Below, in pieces: positions 1 to 9,227 of a DNA stretch of 64,000 nucleotides (position 1 is the first letter of the stretch; each line of letters starts with the position of its first letter). The notes below the pieces were generated by a model. It made no database searches. It saw only the letters and a program-made list of their open reading frames with translations, and was not told where the DNA came from. Source of the stretch: Candidatus Gastranaerophilales bacterium (GTDB lineage: Bacteria; Cyanobacteriota; Vampirovibrionia; Gastranaerophilales; Gastranaerophilaceae); the NCBI GenBank assembly GCA_947594025.1, contig CANQDZ010000003.1, forward strand, positions 250-64,249, written 5' to 3'. Position numbers and translations under genes: made by a program.

Positions 1-2
1 TT

Positions 3-242
3 TCACTTGCCGTAAACCGCTGGGACAGCAGAACTAAACAAGAAGTAACCGATTGGTTTAACATTGAAGTATGGGATAGACAAGCAGAATTTGCAGGGGA
101 ATGGATTAAAAAAGGACGTATGGTTGGAGTTGAAGGCAGACTTATTTCCAATAAATGGAAAGGTGCTGACGGTTCAACTAATGAAAGATTTATTATTCGT
201 GCAACAAATGTTCGTTTAATTGGCGGCAAAAAAGAAGAATAA
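3..242 (+). CDS. ssb: single-stranded DNA-binding protein (5' end cut by window edge)
   Basis: Frame 3 reads ...NRWDSRTKQEVTDWFNIEVWDRQAEFAGEWIKKGRMVGVEGRLISNKWKGADGSTNERFIIRATNVRLIGGKKEE*. This is the C-terminal half of an SSB OB-fold. The TAA stop overlaps the next ATG (TAATG). Confidence 0.8.
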   Translation, partial: SLAVNRWDSRTKQEVTDWFNIEVWDRQAEFAGEWIKKGRMVGVEGRLISNKWKGADGSTNERFIIRATNVRLIGGKKEE

Positions 243-1555
243 TGCTCACACCAAATACAATAGTTGTAATAGCTGATGATTTAACGGGCGCAAACGATAC
301 TGCTTTGCAATTTTTTGCAAAAGGTGCGGTAACTGAAATATTGCTTGATTACAATAAAATGCCCATTAAGAATATGCAGATTGATGTTTGGGCGGTTTCG
401 ACGGAAAGCAGAAATAAAGACCCCGAAGAAGCATATATAAGGACAGAAGAAGCATATACTCTTTTTAAAAATAAATTAAATGTCGATTATTTTTATAAAA
501 AATTAGATTCAACCCTTAGAGGAAATATCGGACAGGAAATTATGGCAGCCCTTAAAATAACGGAAAAGGACTGCGCAATTGTCGCACCTGCTTTTGTTCA
601 GGAAGGAAGAATTACAATAGGAGGATATCAGCTTTTAAAAGGTGTTCCTATTGAAAGAACGGAAGCCGCGCGCGACCCTCATGTCCCTGTTTTTGAATCA
701 AGCATTCCAAATATTTTAAAAAAACAAATTCCAAATGGTGAAGAACTGGTAGGCTTAATTGATTTTTCAATAGTTTCAAAAGGTGCCGCGCCTTTGGTTT
801 TAAAGATAAATGAGCTTATTAAACAAGGCAAAAAGCTTATTGTTGTGGATGCCGTGTCGGTTGTTGATATGGAGCAAATTGTGCTTGCGATTAAGAAAAG
901 TAATTATGATATTTTGCCATGCGGTTCTGCCGGTCTTGCACAGGCTTTTGCAAAAGATTGGCTTCAAGAGACAAAACCGCAAAATATCAAAAAAACCGTT
1001 CCGCCGCTTCCAAAACTTATTTTATCCGGCTCTGCAACGGAATTAAGCGCACTTCAACTGAAAAAAGTTCAAGAAGATGATGATATTGAAAACACTTATT
1101 TTATAAGTCTTAAAACGGAGGATATTTTAGAGGGTGTTTCTAAAAATATTATAAACAGGGTTGTTTCTAATCTTCAAAAGACAAATATTGTTGCAGTTCA
1201 TGTAAGTGATATAAACGTTGAACTTGAAGATGAACATTCAAGAGCAAATGAACTTTTAATAGACCAAGGTATCACAAAAGATGAACTTGCAAGCAGAATT
1301 ACAAAATATTTAGCGACTCTTGCCCAAAAAGTTAAACAAGAAAGAGATTTTGCGCTCATCACAATAGGCGGTGAAACATCATATAAATGCTGTGAAGCGC
1401 TTTATTATGATAACCTGCAGGTAATTGATATTGTACTTCCTGCAATTCCTTTATGTATGAGCTCAAACGCCCAACTCGTAATTACAAAATCAGGGAACTT
1501 AGGCACCCCGACAACACTTTTGGAAATCTTAAAATATTTTGAGCGACATGAATAA
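242..1555 (+). CDS. four-carbon acid sugar kinase family protein (DUF1537)
   Basis: 437 aa. N-terminal 'IVVIADDLTGANDTALQF' and C-terminal 'ITIGGETSYKCCEAL...ITKSGNLG' match DUF1537 kinase hallmarks as I recall them. It overlaps a PdxA-family gene by 17 nt. Confidence 0.75.
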   Translation: MLTPNTIVVIADDLTGANDTALQFFAKGAVTEILLDYNKMPIKNMQIDVWAVSTESRNKDPEEAYIRTEEAYTLFKNKLNVDYFYKKLDSTLRGNIGQEIMAALKITEKDCAIVAPAFVQEGRITIGGYQLLKGVPIERTEAARDPHVPVFESSIPNILKKQIPNGEELVGLIDFSIVSKGAAPLVLKINELIKQGKKLIVVDAVSVVDMEQIVLAIKKSNYDILPCGSAGLAQAFAKDWLQETKPQNIKKTVPPLPKLILSGSATELSALQLKKVQEDDDIENTYFISLKTEDILEGVSKNIINRVVSNLQKTNIVAVHVSDINVELEDEHSRANELLIDQGITKDELASRITKYLATLAQKVKQERDFALITIGGETSYKCCEALYYDNLQVIDIVLPAIPLCMSSNAQLVITKSGNLGTPTTLLEILKYFERHE

Positions 1556-2432
1556 AATTGCAATTACAACAGGTGATAAATTAGGAATAGGGAAAGAACT
1601 CGTAAAGAAAGCTCTTGATTTTTTAAATCCGAAAAAAGATGAAATTTTAATTATAGGAGAAAAAATCGAGGGGCTTAATTATGAAACACTTGAAATAAAT
1701 ATTGAGGATAACGGAGAATTTTGTTATCAATCTTTAATCAAAGCATGTAAGCTTGCACAAGAAGGTAAAATTCAAGGGATTGTGACGGCACCCGTTTCAA
1801 AGGAAGAACTCCATAAATCAGGACATATTTTTAACGGTCAAACGGAAGTTATAGAAAATGCTCTTAAAGAAAATGACGATAAAGCTGAAATGATATTTAT
1901 CGCTGATGATTTAAGAGTTATGCTGCTTACCCGCCACATTGCGCTTAAAGATATTTTAATTACAAAAGATATGATAATTGATAAGGTTTTAAGATTAAAT
2001 AAATTTTTAAAAGAAAAGTGCAAAATTAAAAACCCAAAAATAGGCGTCTGCGCTTTAAATCCTCATGCGGGTGAAAATGGCATTTTGGGCAGTGAAGAAA
2101 TAGAAATTATAAATCCCGCACTTCAAAATTTAAGAGAAAAAGGCATAAATTTAAGTGAGGCAAAACCTGCTGACGCTTTATTTGCAAGGGTTGGAAAAAA
2201 ATATTTAAACAATCAAAAACAAGATTATGATGCAATAATTTCCATGTATCATGATCAGGCGCTAACCGCAGTTAAAGCAATTGCATTTGATAAAGCGGTA
2301 AACACAACAATAGGGCTTAAAGTTATACGTACTTCGCCTTCCGGAGGATGTGCTTACGATATTGCAGGCAAAAATATCGCAGACCCTGCAAGCATGATTG
2401 AAGCCGTTAAATTAGCTCTTAAGCTTATCTAA
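1539..2432 (+). CDS. pdxA: PdxA-family NAD-dependent dehydrogenase (4-hydroxythreonine-4-phosphate dehydrogenase-like; PdxA2-type context)
   Basis: 297 aa. Motifs 'LTRHIAL', 'LNPHAGENG', 'MYHDQAL' and 'GLKVIRTSP' are present. It is paired with a DUF1537 kinase. Confidence 0.75.
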   Translation: MSDMNKIAITTGDKLGIGKELVKKALDFLNPKKDEILIIGEKIEGLNYETLEINIEDNGEFCYQSLIKACKLAQEGKIQGIVTAPVSKEELHKSGHIFNGQTEVIENALKENDDKAEMIFIADDLRVMLLTRHIALKDILITKDMIIDKVLRLNKFLKEKCKIKNPKIGVCALNPHAGENGILGSEEIEIINPALQNLREKGINLSEAKPADALFARVGKKYLNNQKQDYDAIISMYHDQALTAVKAIAFDKAVNTTIGLKVIRTSPSGGCAYDIAGKNIADPASMIEAVKLALKLI

Positions 2433-3446
2433 AATCTTTCCCCTTAATTGTCCGCAGGCAGCATCGATATCTGCTCCGCGTTCAAGCCTTACGGTTACTT
2501 TTTTGCCTGAACCTTCAAGTATGTATTTAAACATCATCACATCTTTTTTATCGGGCTTTTTATATTTAGTTTCCGAAACACTGTTATACGGGATTAAATT
2601 TATATTGCATTTAATGTCTTTTAAAAGCTTTGAAAGTTCAAATGCGCATTCTCTTGTATCATTAAAACCGCCAAGTAATACGTATTCTATGGTTATTCTG
2701 TCCCCTGTTTGTTCATTAAAGTATTTCAATGATTTTTTGAGTTCGTCGAGGTTATGTTTCTTTTCAACAGGCATGATTTTTTCGCGCAAATTATGGTTTG
2801 GCGCATGCAATGACAGAGCAAGAGTCGGAATTAAATCCCCTTTTGCCATATCATATATTCTTGGCACTATTCCGCAGGTTGAAACCGTTATTCGTCTTAT
2901 ACCGATTTGCAGATATTCATTTATTAATTTTATTGCTTTATTCAGATTTTCAAAATTATAAAAAGGTTCGCCCTGCCCCATAAATACAACGTTTGTAACT
3001 TTAAGACCGCTGTCTTTTTGAATTGTTAAAATTTGATTTGCAATTTCAAATGCTGTTAAATTTCTTATAAAGCCTCTCTTCCCCGTTGCACAAAAATCGC
3101 ACCCGCATGCACATCCTATTTGGGATGACACGCATGCAGTTAAATTAGCACGATTATCAAATCTCATAAGCACGGTTTCAACGCACTCGCCATCACCATA
3201 TTCAAGAAGATATTTCATTGTGCCGTCTGTGCTAACTTGTTTATTTTTAATTTTTACATCGGATAAAACGGCAATTTCTTTAATCTTTTCTTTAAATACC
3301 TTGGATAAATCCGTCATTTCTTCAATAGAATTTGCGGATTTTGTCCAAATCCAATTATGAAGCTGTTTTGCTCTAAATTTTGGCTCATTCAGTTCAAGAG
3401 CCAGATTTTCAAGTTCTTCAAGTGTTAGATTTGATAATACCTTCAT
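2412..3446 (-). CDS. rlmN: 23S rRNA/tRNA adenine-C2 methyltransferase RlmN (radical SAM)
   Basis: 344 aa. Radical-SAM cluster 'CACGCDFCATG', then 'FMGQGEPFYN' and C-terminal 'DIDAACGQL'. Confidence 0.9.
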   Translation of the reverse strand: MKVLSNLTLEELENLALELNEPKFRAKQLHNWIWTKSANSIEEMTDLSKVFKEKIKEIAVLSDVKIKNKQVSTDGTMKYLLEYGDGECVETVLMRFDNRANLTACVSSQIGCACGCDFCATGKRGFIRNLTAFEIANQILTIQKDSGLKVTNVVFMGQGEPFYNFENLNKAIKLINEYLQIGIRRITVSTCGIVPRIYDMAKGDLIPTLALSLHAPNHNLREKIMPVEKKHNLDELKKSLKYFNEQTGDRITIEYVLLGGFNDTRECAFELSKLLKDIKCNINLIPYNSVSETKYKKPDKKDVMMFKYILEGSGKKVTVRLERGADIDAACGQLRGKILDKLKS

Positions 3447-3580
3447 ATAAAAATTTTATCATGTAATTATTTAAAGATTTAAAGAACTTTTAAGTTTTTA
3501 TCTTTATACCGTATTTTACTTTTAAATTCTATCCAAATAAAAAAATTCATGATAAAATCAAAGAAAAAAAGGAATGTGTC

Positions 3581-4048
3581 ATGACAAAAATATTAGAAGG
3601 AAATTTAGTAGCAGATAAGAACGATAAATTTTGCATTGTAGTTTCACGTTTTAACGAATTTATCGGTTCAAAATTATTGGAAGGTGCAAAAGATGCACTA
3701 ATCAGGCTCGGATGTGACGAAGAAAATATTGAAGTTGTTTATGTCCCCGGTGCTTTTGAAATTCCCGTTGCTTGTTTAAAACTTGCAAACACTAAAAAAT
3801 ATTCTGCAGTGATTACACTTGGCGCAGTTATAAGAGGGGCAACCTCTCATTATGAATATGTTGCGGCAGAGGTTGCAAAAGGCGTTGCACAAGTAAGCGT
3901 ACAAACAGGTGTTCCTGTTATCTTTGGTGTTCTTACTACAGATAATATTGAACAAGCAATTGAACGTGCAGGCACAAAGGCAGGAAACAAAGGTGCAAGC
4001 TGTGCTCAAACTGCCGTTGAAATGGCAAATCTTTTCAAAAAAATATAA
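3581..4048 (+). CDS. ribH: 6,7-dimethyl-8-ribityllumazine synthase
   Basis: 155 aa. Motifs 'VVSRFNEFI', 'VPGAFEIP' and '[14 protein letters not shown]'. Confidence 0.92.
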   Translation: MTKILEGNLVADKNDKFCIVVSRFNEFIGSKLLEGAKDALIRLGCDEENIEVVYVPGAFEIPVACLKLANTKKYSAVITLGAVIRGATSHYEYVAAEVAKGVAQVSVQTGVPVIFGVLTTDNIEQAIERAGTKAGNKGASCAQTAVEMANLFKKI

Positions 4049-4143
4049 ATCAATCTTTAGATTGACATATTGATTGTTCAATAGATTGATGTTTTCTTGA
4101 TTTAGAAGTTCTATCCTTTTAAGCAGGGAGAAAAGTATAAATC

Positions 4144-4788
4144 ATGAAAAACATCTTTAAAGTTTTCATATTAATTATCCTTATATGTACGGCATCAAGA
4201 GCTTATGCAAAAGATGCTGTTATATCTGATGTAACAATAAGTGAAAACAGTCAAGGATATAATATAGTATTAGATACAACTCAAAATGTTCGATATAAAA
4301 AAGTAAGTGAAAATTCAAAAACAATATATTTTGAAATTAAAGGCGTAAAAGCTAAAGAAGATATTCCCGTCAAATATGAAAATATTAAAACAATAGAAAG
4401 CGTTACTCTTCAAAAAGTTTCAAATAATAAAATCAGAATTTATATTAAGGGTGATGTAACAACAAATGGAAGATTATATATCAAGGATAGGGCAGGAAAT
4501 CCTTATTATATTGAAGCAAACAAATTTGGCGATATTGACGGAAAGAATATAATACTTCTTATCGTAAGTATTTTGGCTTTTTCGATTTTTGTAACATCAG
4601 ACAAAAAAGATGAAGCTCAAATTTCAAGAGCAGTTTATGATAATAACGTTATGCTTCAAAATATGAGACAAAATAAAATTGTAAGGATAAACGATTTTCT
4701 TGCGAAAGAAAATGCGACAAATCCTATACGGGGTGAATTAGCAAGAGAAAACAATTCTGACTTGGAGATGGCAAGAAAGAGTGCATAA
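4144..4788 (+). CDS. hypothetical membrane protein with possible AMIN-like beta-rich domain
   Basis: 214 aa. Signal-like N-terminus 'IFKVFILIILICTASRAYA', a beta-rich block of about 90 aa (DVTISENSQGYNIVLD...IRIYIKG), and an internal TM 'IILLIVSILAFSIFV'. The domain call is tentative. Confidence 0.5.
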   Translation: MKNIFKVFILIILICTASRAYAKDAVISDVTISENSQGYNIVLDTTQNVRYKKVSENSKTIYFEIKGVKAKEDIPVKYENIKTIESVTLQKVSNNKIRIYIKGDVTTNGRLYIKDRAGNPYYIEANKFGDIDGKNIILLIVSILAFSIFVTSDKKDEAQISRAVYDNNVMLQNMRQNKIVRINDFLAKENATNPIRGELARENNSDLEMARKSA

Positions 4789-4821
4789 GCACATTAAAGA
4801 CAAGGGGAAAGGAAAATAAAG

Positions 4822-4842
4822 CAGGCTTAAAGCCTGTTTTTT
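4822..4842 (+). terminator. rho-independent terminator
   Basis: Stem CAGGCT, loop TAA, stem AGCCTG, followed by TTTTTT, downstream of the 4144..4788 gene. Confidence 0.6.
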
Positions 4843-4902
4843 ATTGCTTTGAATTTATGTTTAAGGTAAAATTGGTTCATAAAGTCAGTTTATAAAGAGG
4901 TT

Positions 4903-6111
4903 ATGATTATGAAAAAAACAATTAATGATTTAGGTGATGTTCAAGGGAAAAAAGCTCTGGTTAGAGTTGATATCAATGTTCCTTTGGATGAAAACAAGAA
5001 CGTTACGGATGATACAAGAATTCAAGCAATTGTACCTACTGTTAAAGTTTTAAAAGAAAAAGGCGCAAAAGTTATTCTTATGGCTCACTTAGGACGTCCT
5101 AAAGGAGAATGGAAAGAGGAATTTTCTCTTGCTCCGGTTGCAAAACATTTATCAAAAGTTCTGGGCGAAGATGTACTGTTTGTTTCAAAACCGATTGGCA
5201 AGGGTGCGGATGAAGAATTAAAAAATATGAAAAATGGCGATGTTGCACTTCTTGAAAATATCAGATTTTATAAAGAAGAAGAAGCAAAAGATGATGATAT
5301 GACTTTTGCAGAAGAACTTGCAAAACTTGGCGACTTCTACGTAAATGATGCATTTGGCGCAGCACACAGAAAACATACTTCAACCGCAAAAGTTGCAAAA
5401 TTATTAAGTCCCGCAGTTGCAGGTCTTTTAATGGAAAAAGAATTAACAGCTCTCGGCGGACTTTTAGCTAATCCTGAAAGACCTTTCACTGCAATCGTTG
5501 GCGGTGCTAAAATTTCAACAAAAATCGGCGTTTTAGAAAATCTTTTAGACAAAGTTGATAACTTGATTATAGGCGGCGGTATGGCATATACGTTTGTTAA
5601 AGCAAACGGCGGCAATATCGGTAATTCAATTTGTGAAGATGACCAAATGGATGTTGCCCGTGCTATCGAAAAGAAAGCAAAAGTTAAATGCGTTAATTTA
5701 ATCTTAGCAACAGACGTTTTAGTTACTGACGATTTTTCAGGCAACGGAACAAATAAAATTGTCGATGTTAACGAAATTCCTGAGGGATTTGAAGGTGTTG
5801 ATGCAGGTCCTAACACTCAAAAAGCTTTTGCGGACGTTATTAAATCATCAAAAACAATCTTGATGAACGGTCCTGTAGGCGCGTTTGAAAATCCTAAATT
5901 TGCGGAAGGTACAAAAGCTGTCCTTAAAGCAGTTGTTGAAGCTACCGCAAACGGTGCAACATCTGTAATAGGCGGTGGTGATTCTGTTTCAGCAGCTAAG
6001 AAATTCCAAAAAGCTGAAGATTTCACTCACGTTTCAACAGGCGGCGGCGCTTCATTAGAATTTATTGAAGGTAAAATTTTACCCGGCGTTGATGCATTAA
6101 ACGATAAGTAA
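4903..6111 (+). CDS. pgk: phosphoglycerate kinase
   Basis: 402 aa. Motifs 'RVDINVPLD', 'HLGRPKG', 'FYVNDAFGAAHR' and 'GGGDS'. The second ATG at 4909 has better spacing from the AGAGG Shine-Dalgarno (SD) sequence and may be the true start. Confidence 0.95.
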   Translation: MIMKKTINDLGDVQGKKALVRVDINVPLDENKNVTDDTRIQAIVPTVKVLKEKGAKVILMAHLGRPKGEWKEEFSLAPVAKHLSKVLGEDVLFVSKPIGKGADEELKNMKNGDVALLENIRFYKEEEAKDDDMTFAEELAKLGDFYVNDAFGAAHRKHTSTAKVAKLLSPAVAGLLMEKELTALGGLLANPERPFTAIVGGAKISTKIGVLENLLDKVDNLIIGGGMAYTFVKANGGNIGNSICEDDQMDVARAIEKKAKVKCVNLILATDVLVTDDFSGNGTNKIVDVNEIPEGFEGVDAGPNTQKAFADVIKSSKTILMNGPVGAFENPKFAEGTKAVLKAVVEATANGATSVIGGGDSVSAAKKFQKAEDFTHVSTGGGASLEFIEGKILPGVDALNDK

Positions 6112-6125
6112 ATTAAAAATAAGGA

Positions 6126-6155
6126 ACCCCGTATTATTTAAATACGGGGTTTTTG
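6126..6155 (+). terminator. rho-independent terminator after pgk
   Basis: Hairpin CCCCGTATT...AATACGGGG followed by TTTTTG. Confidence 0.7.
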
Positions 6156-6166
6156 TTTGAAAAATT

Positions 6167-6868
6167 ATGAAAAAATTTATTTTAGCTTTTGTCAGCTGCA
6201 TTTTAAAGCTTCAAGATGAAAAACATGAAAAAAGAAAACAAGAATTTTTAACATCAAATGAACGCGGTGTTAAAACGGTTTTAATGTCCGATGCTCAACT
6301 TGAAATCAAAAATAAGGTATTGGACGATATGAAAAGAAAAGTAACGGAAGAAATCGCCCCCATAATTAAAGAAAACATCAAAACACCTGAAAAAATTCTT
6401 GATTATATTGAAAAAAACGGAACAAAAGTTTACAGATTAAAAAATGCAAAAAAAATATTAAGTGCCATAGGCGAACAAGAAGGTTTCATAACCCCAATAA
6501 GAGGGATGAAAGCAGTATATTTAAATTTTTCACTTAGAGGAAAGTTTTCAACTCGCACGGATGAAATGTTTGTTTTAAATAATTCCGAAATTGATATTTA
6601 TACAATGGCTCACCAATTCTATAAATGGTGCGGCTGGAAAGCCAAAATGCCAGGTTATGATAATCAAACACAAGAAAATTTTAAAAAAGTTTGGTTATTT
6701 AACAAAGATGTAAATATACAAAATCTGACTTACAAAGAGCTTGCAAACCTAAAGGAAGCCATTCACAGAGACATTGAAGCAATCGATTTTGTGATAAAAC
6801 TTGCTCAGGAAAATGAAGGCATAAAAAAGGGTTTTAACAACATACAAAATGGCGGAGCAGACATTTAA
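6167..6868 (+). CDS. hypothetical protein
   Basis: 233-aa ORF filling the pgk-rsgA gap in a co-directional array. I recognise no motif. The N-terminus 'MKKFILAFVSC' is weakly lipobox-like. Confidence 0.5.
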   Translation: MKKFILAFVSCILKLQDEKHEKRKQEFLTSNERGVKTVLMSDAQLEIKNKVLDDMKRKVTEEIAPIIKENIKTPEKILDYIEKNGTKVYRLKNAKKILSAIGEQEGFITPIRGMKAVYLNFSLRGKFSTRTDEMFVLNNSEIDIYTMAHQFYKWCGWKAKMPGYDNQTQENFKKVWLFNKDVNIQNLTYKELANLKEAIHRDIEAIDFVIKLAQENEGIKKGFNNIQNGGADI

Positions 6869-6906
6869 CACTTGCCCTAAAGGCTTAATTTCGCTATTAT
6901 AAAAGA

Positions 6907-7902
6907 ATGGAAACCAAACAAGGTCAAGTTTATAAAATACACTCTGATTTTTATTACGTAAAAATTGAAGGCAAAATTATAGAATGCAAGATTAGAGAAG
7001 TCCTCAAAAAACAAAAAAAACAAGTTGTTGTAGGCGACATTGTTGATGTTGAAGAAAATTCAATCACAATAATTGAGCCGAGAAAAAATGCAATTACAAG
7101 ACCATACGTTGCAAACATTGACCAGCTTGTTGTTGTATGCGCAATTAAAGAGCCTGAGCTTGATTTTGAACAATTAAACAGATATTTAATTTTTGCCAAA
7201 ATTCATAAAATGGATGCCGTAATCTGCTTCAATAAAGAAGATTTGAATGACGACAGCTCTATTTATGATGAAATTAAGAATATATATGAACCTTTAGGAT
7301 ATAAAATTTTATTTACGTCTGCTCTTAAAAAAACAGGCATTAATGAACTTAAAAAAGTCTTAAAAAATAAGTTATCCACCCTTTGCGGACAGTCCGGAGT
7401 GGGTAAAAGCTCTATCTTAAACGCTCTTAATGATAATTTGTCAATAAGAACAGGTGAAGTAAGCAAAAAACAACAAAGGGGGCGCCACACAACAAGACAC
7501 AGCGAAATTATAGATTTCGACGGCTTTTCAATAATTGATACTCCGGGGTTTTCTCATTTAAAATTTGATTTTATTCTGCCAAATGAGCTTGATAATTATT
7601 TTAGCGAAATAAAAAAATATAAAGATAAGTGCAAATTCAAAGATTGTCTTCACACAATTGATTCTAAAGGGTGCAATGTTGTTAAAAACATTGAAAACAT
7701 CAATATTTCAAGATACGAAAGTTATATTGCATTTTTAAATGAAGCTCTTGAATATAAAGAAAAAATCTCAAGAATAAGTATCAAAAAAGAACATTCCTAT
7801 AAGGAAAATTTAGGGAAAAATATGGTAAAAATAAATTCTAAAAAAAGAGAAGCTGCAAGAAACGTTAAAAAACAAAGGATTACAGATGATAGAGAAATAT
7901 AA
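6907..7902 (+). CDS. rsgA: ribosome small-subunit-dependent GTPase A
   Basis: 331 aa. Permuted GTPase motifs 'NKED', 'GQSGVGKSSILNAL' and 'DTPGF'. Zn-knuckle 'CKFKDCLHTIDSKGC'. K-rich C-terminal extension. Confidence 0.9.
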   Translation: METKQGQVYKIHSDFYYVKIEGKIIECKIREVLKKQKKQVVVGDIVDVEENSITIIEPRKNAITRPYVANIDQLVVVCAIKEPELDFEQLNRYLIFAKIHKMDAVICFNKEDLNDDSSIYDEIKNIYEPLGYKILFTSALKKTGINELKKVLKNKLSTLCGQSGVGKSSILNALNDNLSIRTGEVSKKQQRGRHTTRHSEIIDFDGFSIIDTPGFSHLKFDFILPNELDNYFSEIKKYKDKCKFKDCLHTIDSKGCNVVKNIENINISRYESYIAFLNEALEYKEKISRISIKKEHSYKENLGKNMVKINSKKREAARNVKKQRITDDREI

Positions 7903-8761
7903 AACAGAAGTAGAAGAAGTCTTAAAAAGTTATTTTGATATAAATAAATATAATTTACCCAAAAATTTTCCGCACGAAATTATAAATTCTATGGCATACA
8001 CAACCCTTCTCGGCGGAAAAAGGCTAAGAGCCATATTTTGTCTTGAAGCATGCAAAATCTTTTCTGGAGATTATAAAGCAGCGCTTCCCGTTGCTTGTGC
8101 TTATGAGATGCTTCATGCACAAAGTTTAATCCATGATGACCTGCCTTCAATGGATAATGATGATTTAAGGCGGGGAAAACCATCTAATCATAAAGTATAC
8201 GGGGAAGCAATTGCAATCCTTGCGGGAGACGCCCTGATAAGTTTTGGTGCGCAAATAATTCTTGAGAGTAATATTAAAAATAAGGAAAAAGTTTTAAAAG
8301 AATATTTAAAAAGCGCAGGCGTGTTTGGAATTGTAGGAGGTCAAACCCTTGATATTTTATCAGAAGGAAAAAAGGTTGATATCGAAACGCTTCAAACAAT
8401 TCACAAATATAAAACCGCAGCATTGTTTAAAAGCGCCCTGTTAAGCGGCGCGCTTGTAGGAGGTGCAAGTGATGAACAATTAGAAGCAATAGAAAAATTT
8501 TCTGAAAAATTTGGTCTTGCATTTCAAATTTGCGACGATATTCTGGATGTTATATCATCTTCTGAAGTTATGGGCAAAACAATAGGCAAAGATAAAGAAG
8601 AACAAAAAGCAACTTACGTTACACTTTTTGGACTTGAAGAAGCAAAATTAAAACTTGTAAAGACAATTGATGAAAGTTATGATATACTAAAGAAAAATAA
8701 TATTTATTCGGATGTTTTTAATAAGATTTTAAATTTGATTACAGATAAAATAAAGGGGTAA
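7886..8761 (+). CDS. polyprenyl diphosphate synthase (FPP/GGPP synthase type)
   Basis: 291 aa. First Asp-rich motif 'LIHDDLPSMDNDDLRRG' and second 'FQICDDILD'. Confidence 0.85.
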   Translation: MIEKYKTEVEEVLKSYFDINKYNLPKNFPHEIINSMAYTTLLGGKRLRAIFCLEACKIFSGDYKAALPVACAYEMLHAQSLIHDDLPSMDNDDLRRGKPSNHKVYGEAIAILAGDALISFGAQIILESNIKNKEKVLKEYLKSAGVFGIVGGQTLDILSEGKKVDIETLQTIHKYKTAALFKSALLSGALVGGASDEQLEAIEKFSEKFGLAFQICDDILDVISSSEVMGKTIGKDKEEQKATYVTLFGLEEAKLKLVKTIDESYDILKKNNIYSDVFNKILNLITDKIKG

Positions 8762-8762
8762 T

Positions 8763-9227
8763 ATGGTTTTAAATACCGGATATGAGGTTATACTTGCAGG
8801 GGTAGGTGGTGCATGCATCGCACAAATATTAAAGGTTTTGATATATTTTTTAACTCACAAAAAGTTTAATTTTAAAATTTTATCTACTACCGGCGGTATG
8901 CCAAGCGCGCACAGTTCAGGGGTTATAGCCCTTACAACCAGTGTCGGAATAATACGGGGTTATGATTCATTATTATTTGCGGTGTCTTTAGGATATGCAG
9001 TTATTACAATGTATGACGCTGCAGGCATAAGGCGTGCCGCAGGAAAAACTGCTGCGACTTTAAACAGATTTATAAAAGAAATTCAAGAAAATGGTCAAAA
9101 AATAGAGCCTTATGAAACACTTAAAGAGCTTTTAGGTCATACGCCCGTCGAAGTCTTTTGCGGTGCGATTTTAGGCTTTGTTTTTGCATATTCCTGTCAC
9201 ACTTTACTCGCTTTATTAGCCGTTTAA
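8763..9227 (+). CDS. divergent PAP2 family membrane protein (DUF212)
   Basis: 154 aa, multiple TM helices. Motifs 'GGMPSAHSS' and 'LGHTPVEV'. Confidence 0.8.
   Translation: MVLNTGYEVILAGVGGACIAQILKVLIYFLTHKKFNFKILSTTGGMPSAHSSGVIALTTSVGIIRGYDSLLFAVSLGYAVITMYDAAGIRRAAGKTAATLNRFIKEIQENGQKIEPYETLKELLGHTPVEVFCGAILGFVFAYSCHTLLALLAV

Noticed and set aside
2503-2961. 152-aa plus-strand ORF (and 2798..2983) inside rlmN
   Set aside because: It is antisense to a well-supported radical-SAM gene. The translation is low-complexity and hydrophobic with no motifs. This is a typical shadow ORF in AT-rich DNA.
3447-3580. Possible FMN riboswitch upstream of ribH
   Set aside because: The 134-nt spacer is almost pure A/T. 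It lacks the conserved G/C-rich FMN-element core segments, and it also has to house the divergent rlmN promoter.
5337-6026. 159-aa and 69-aa minus-strand ORFs inside pgk
   Set aside because: They are antisense shadow ORFs of a highly conserved gene, with no independent signals.
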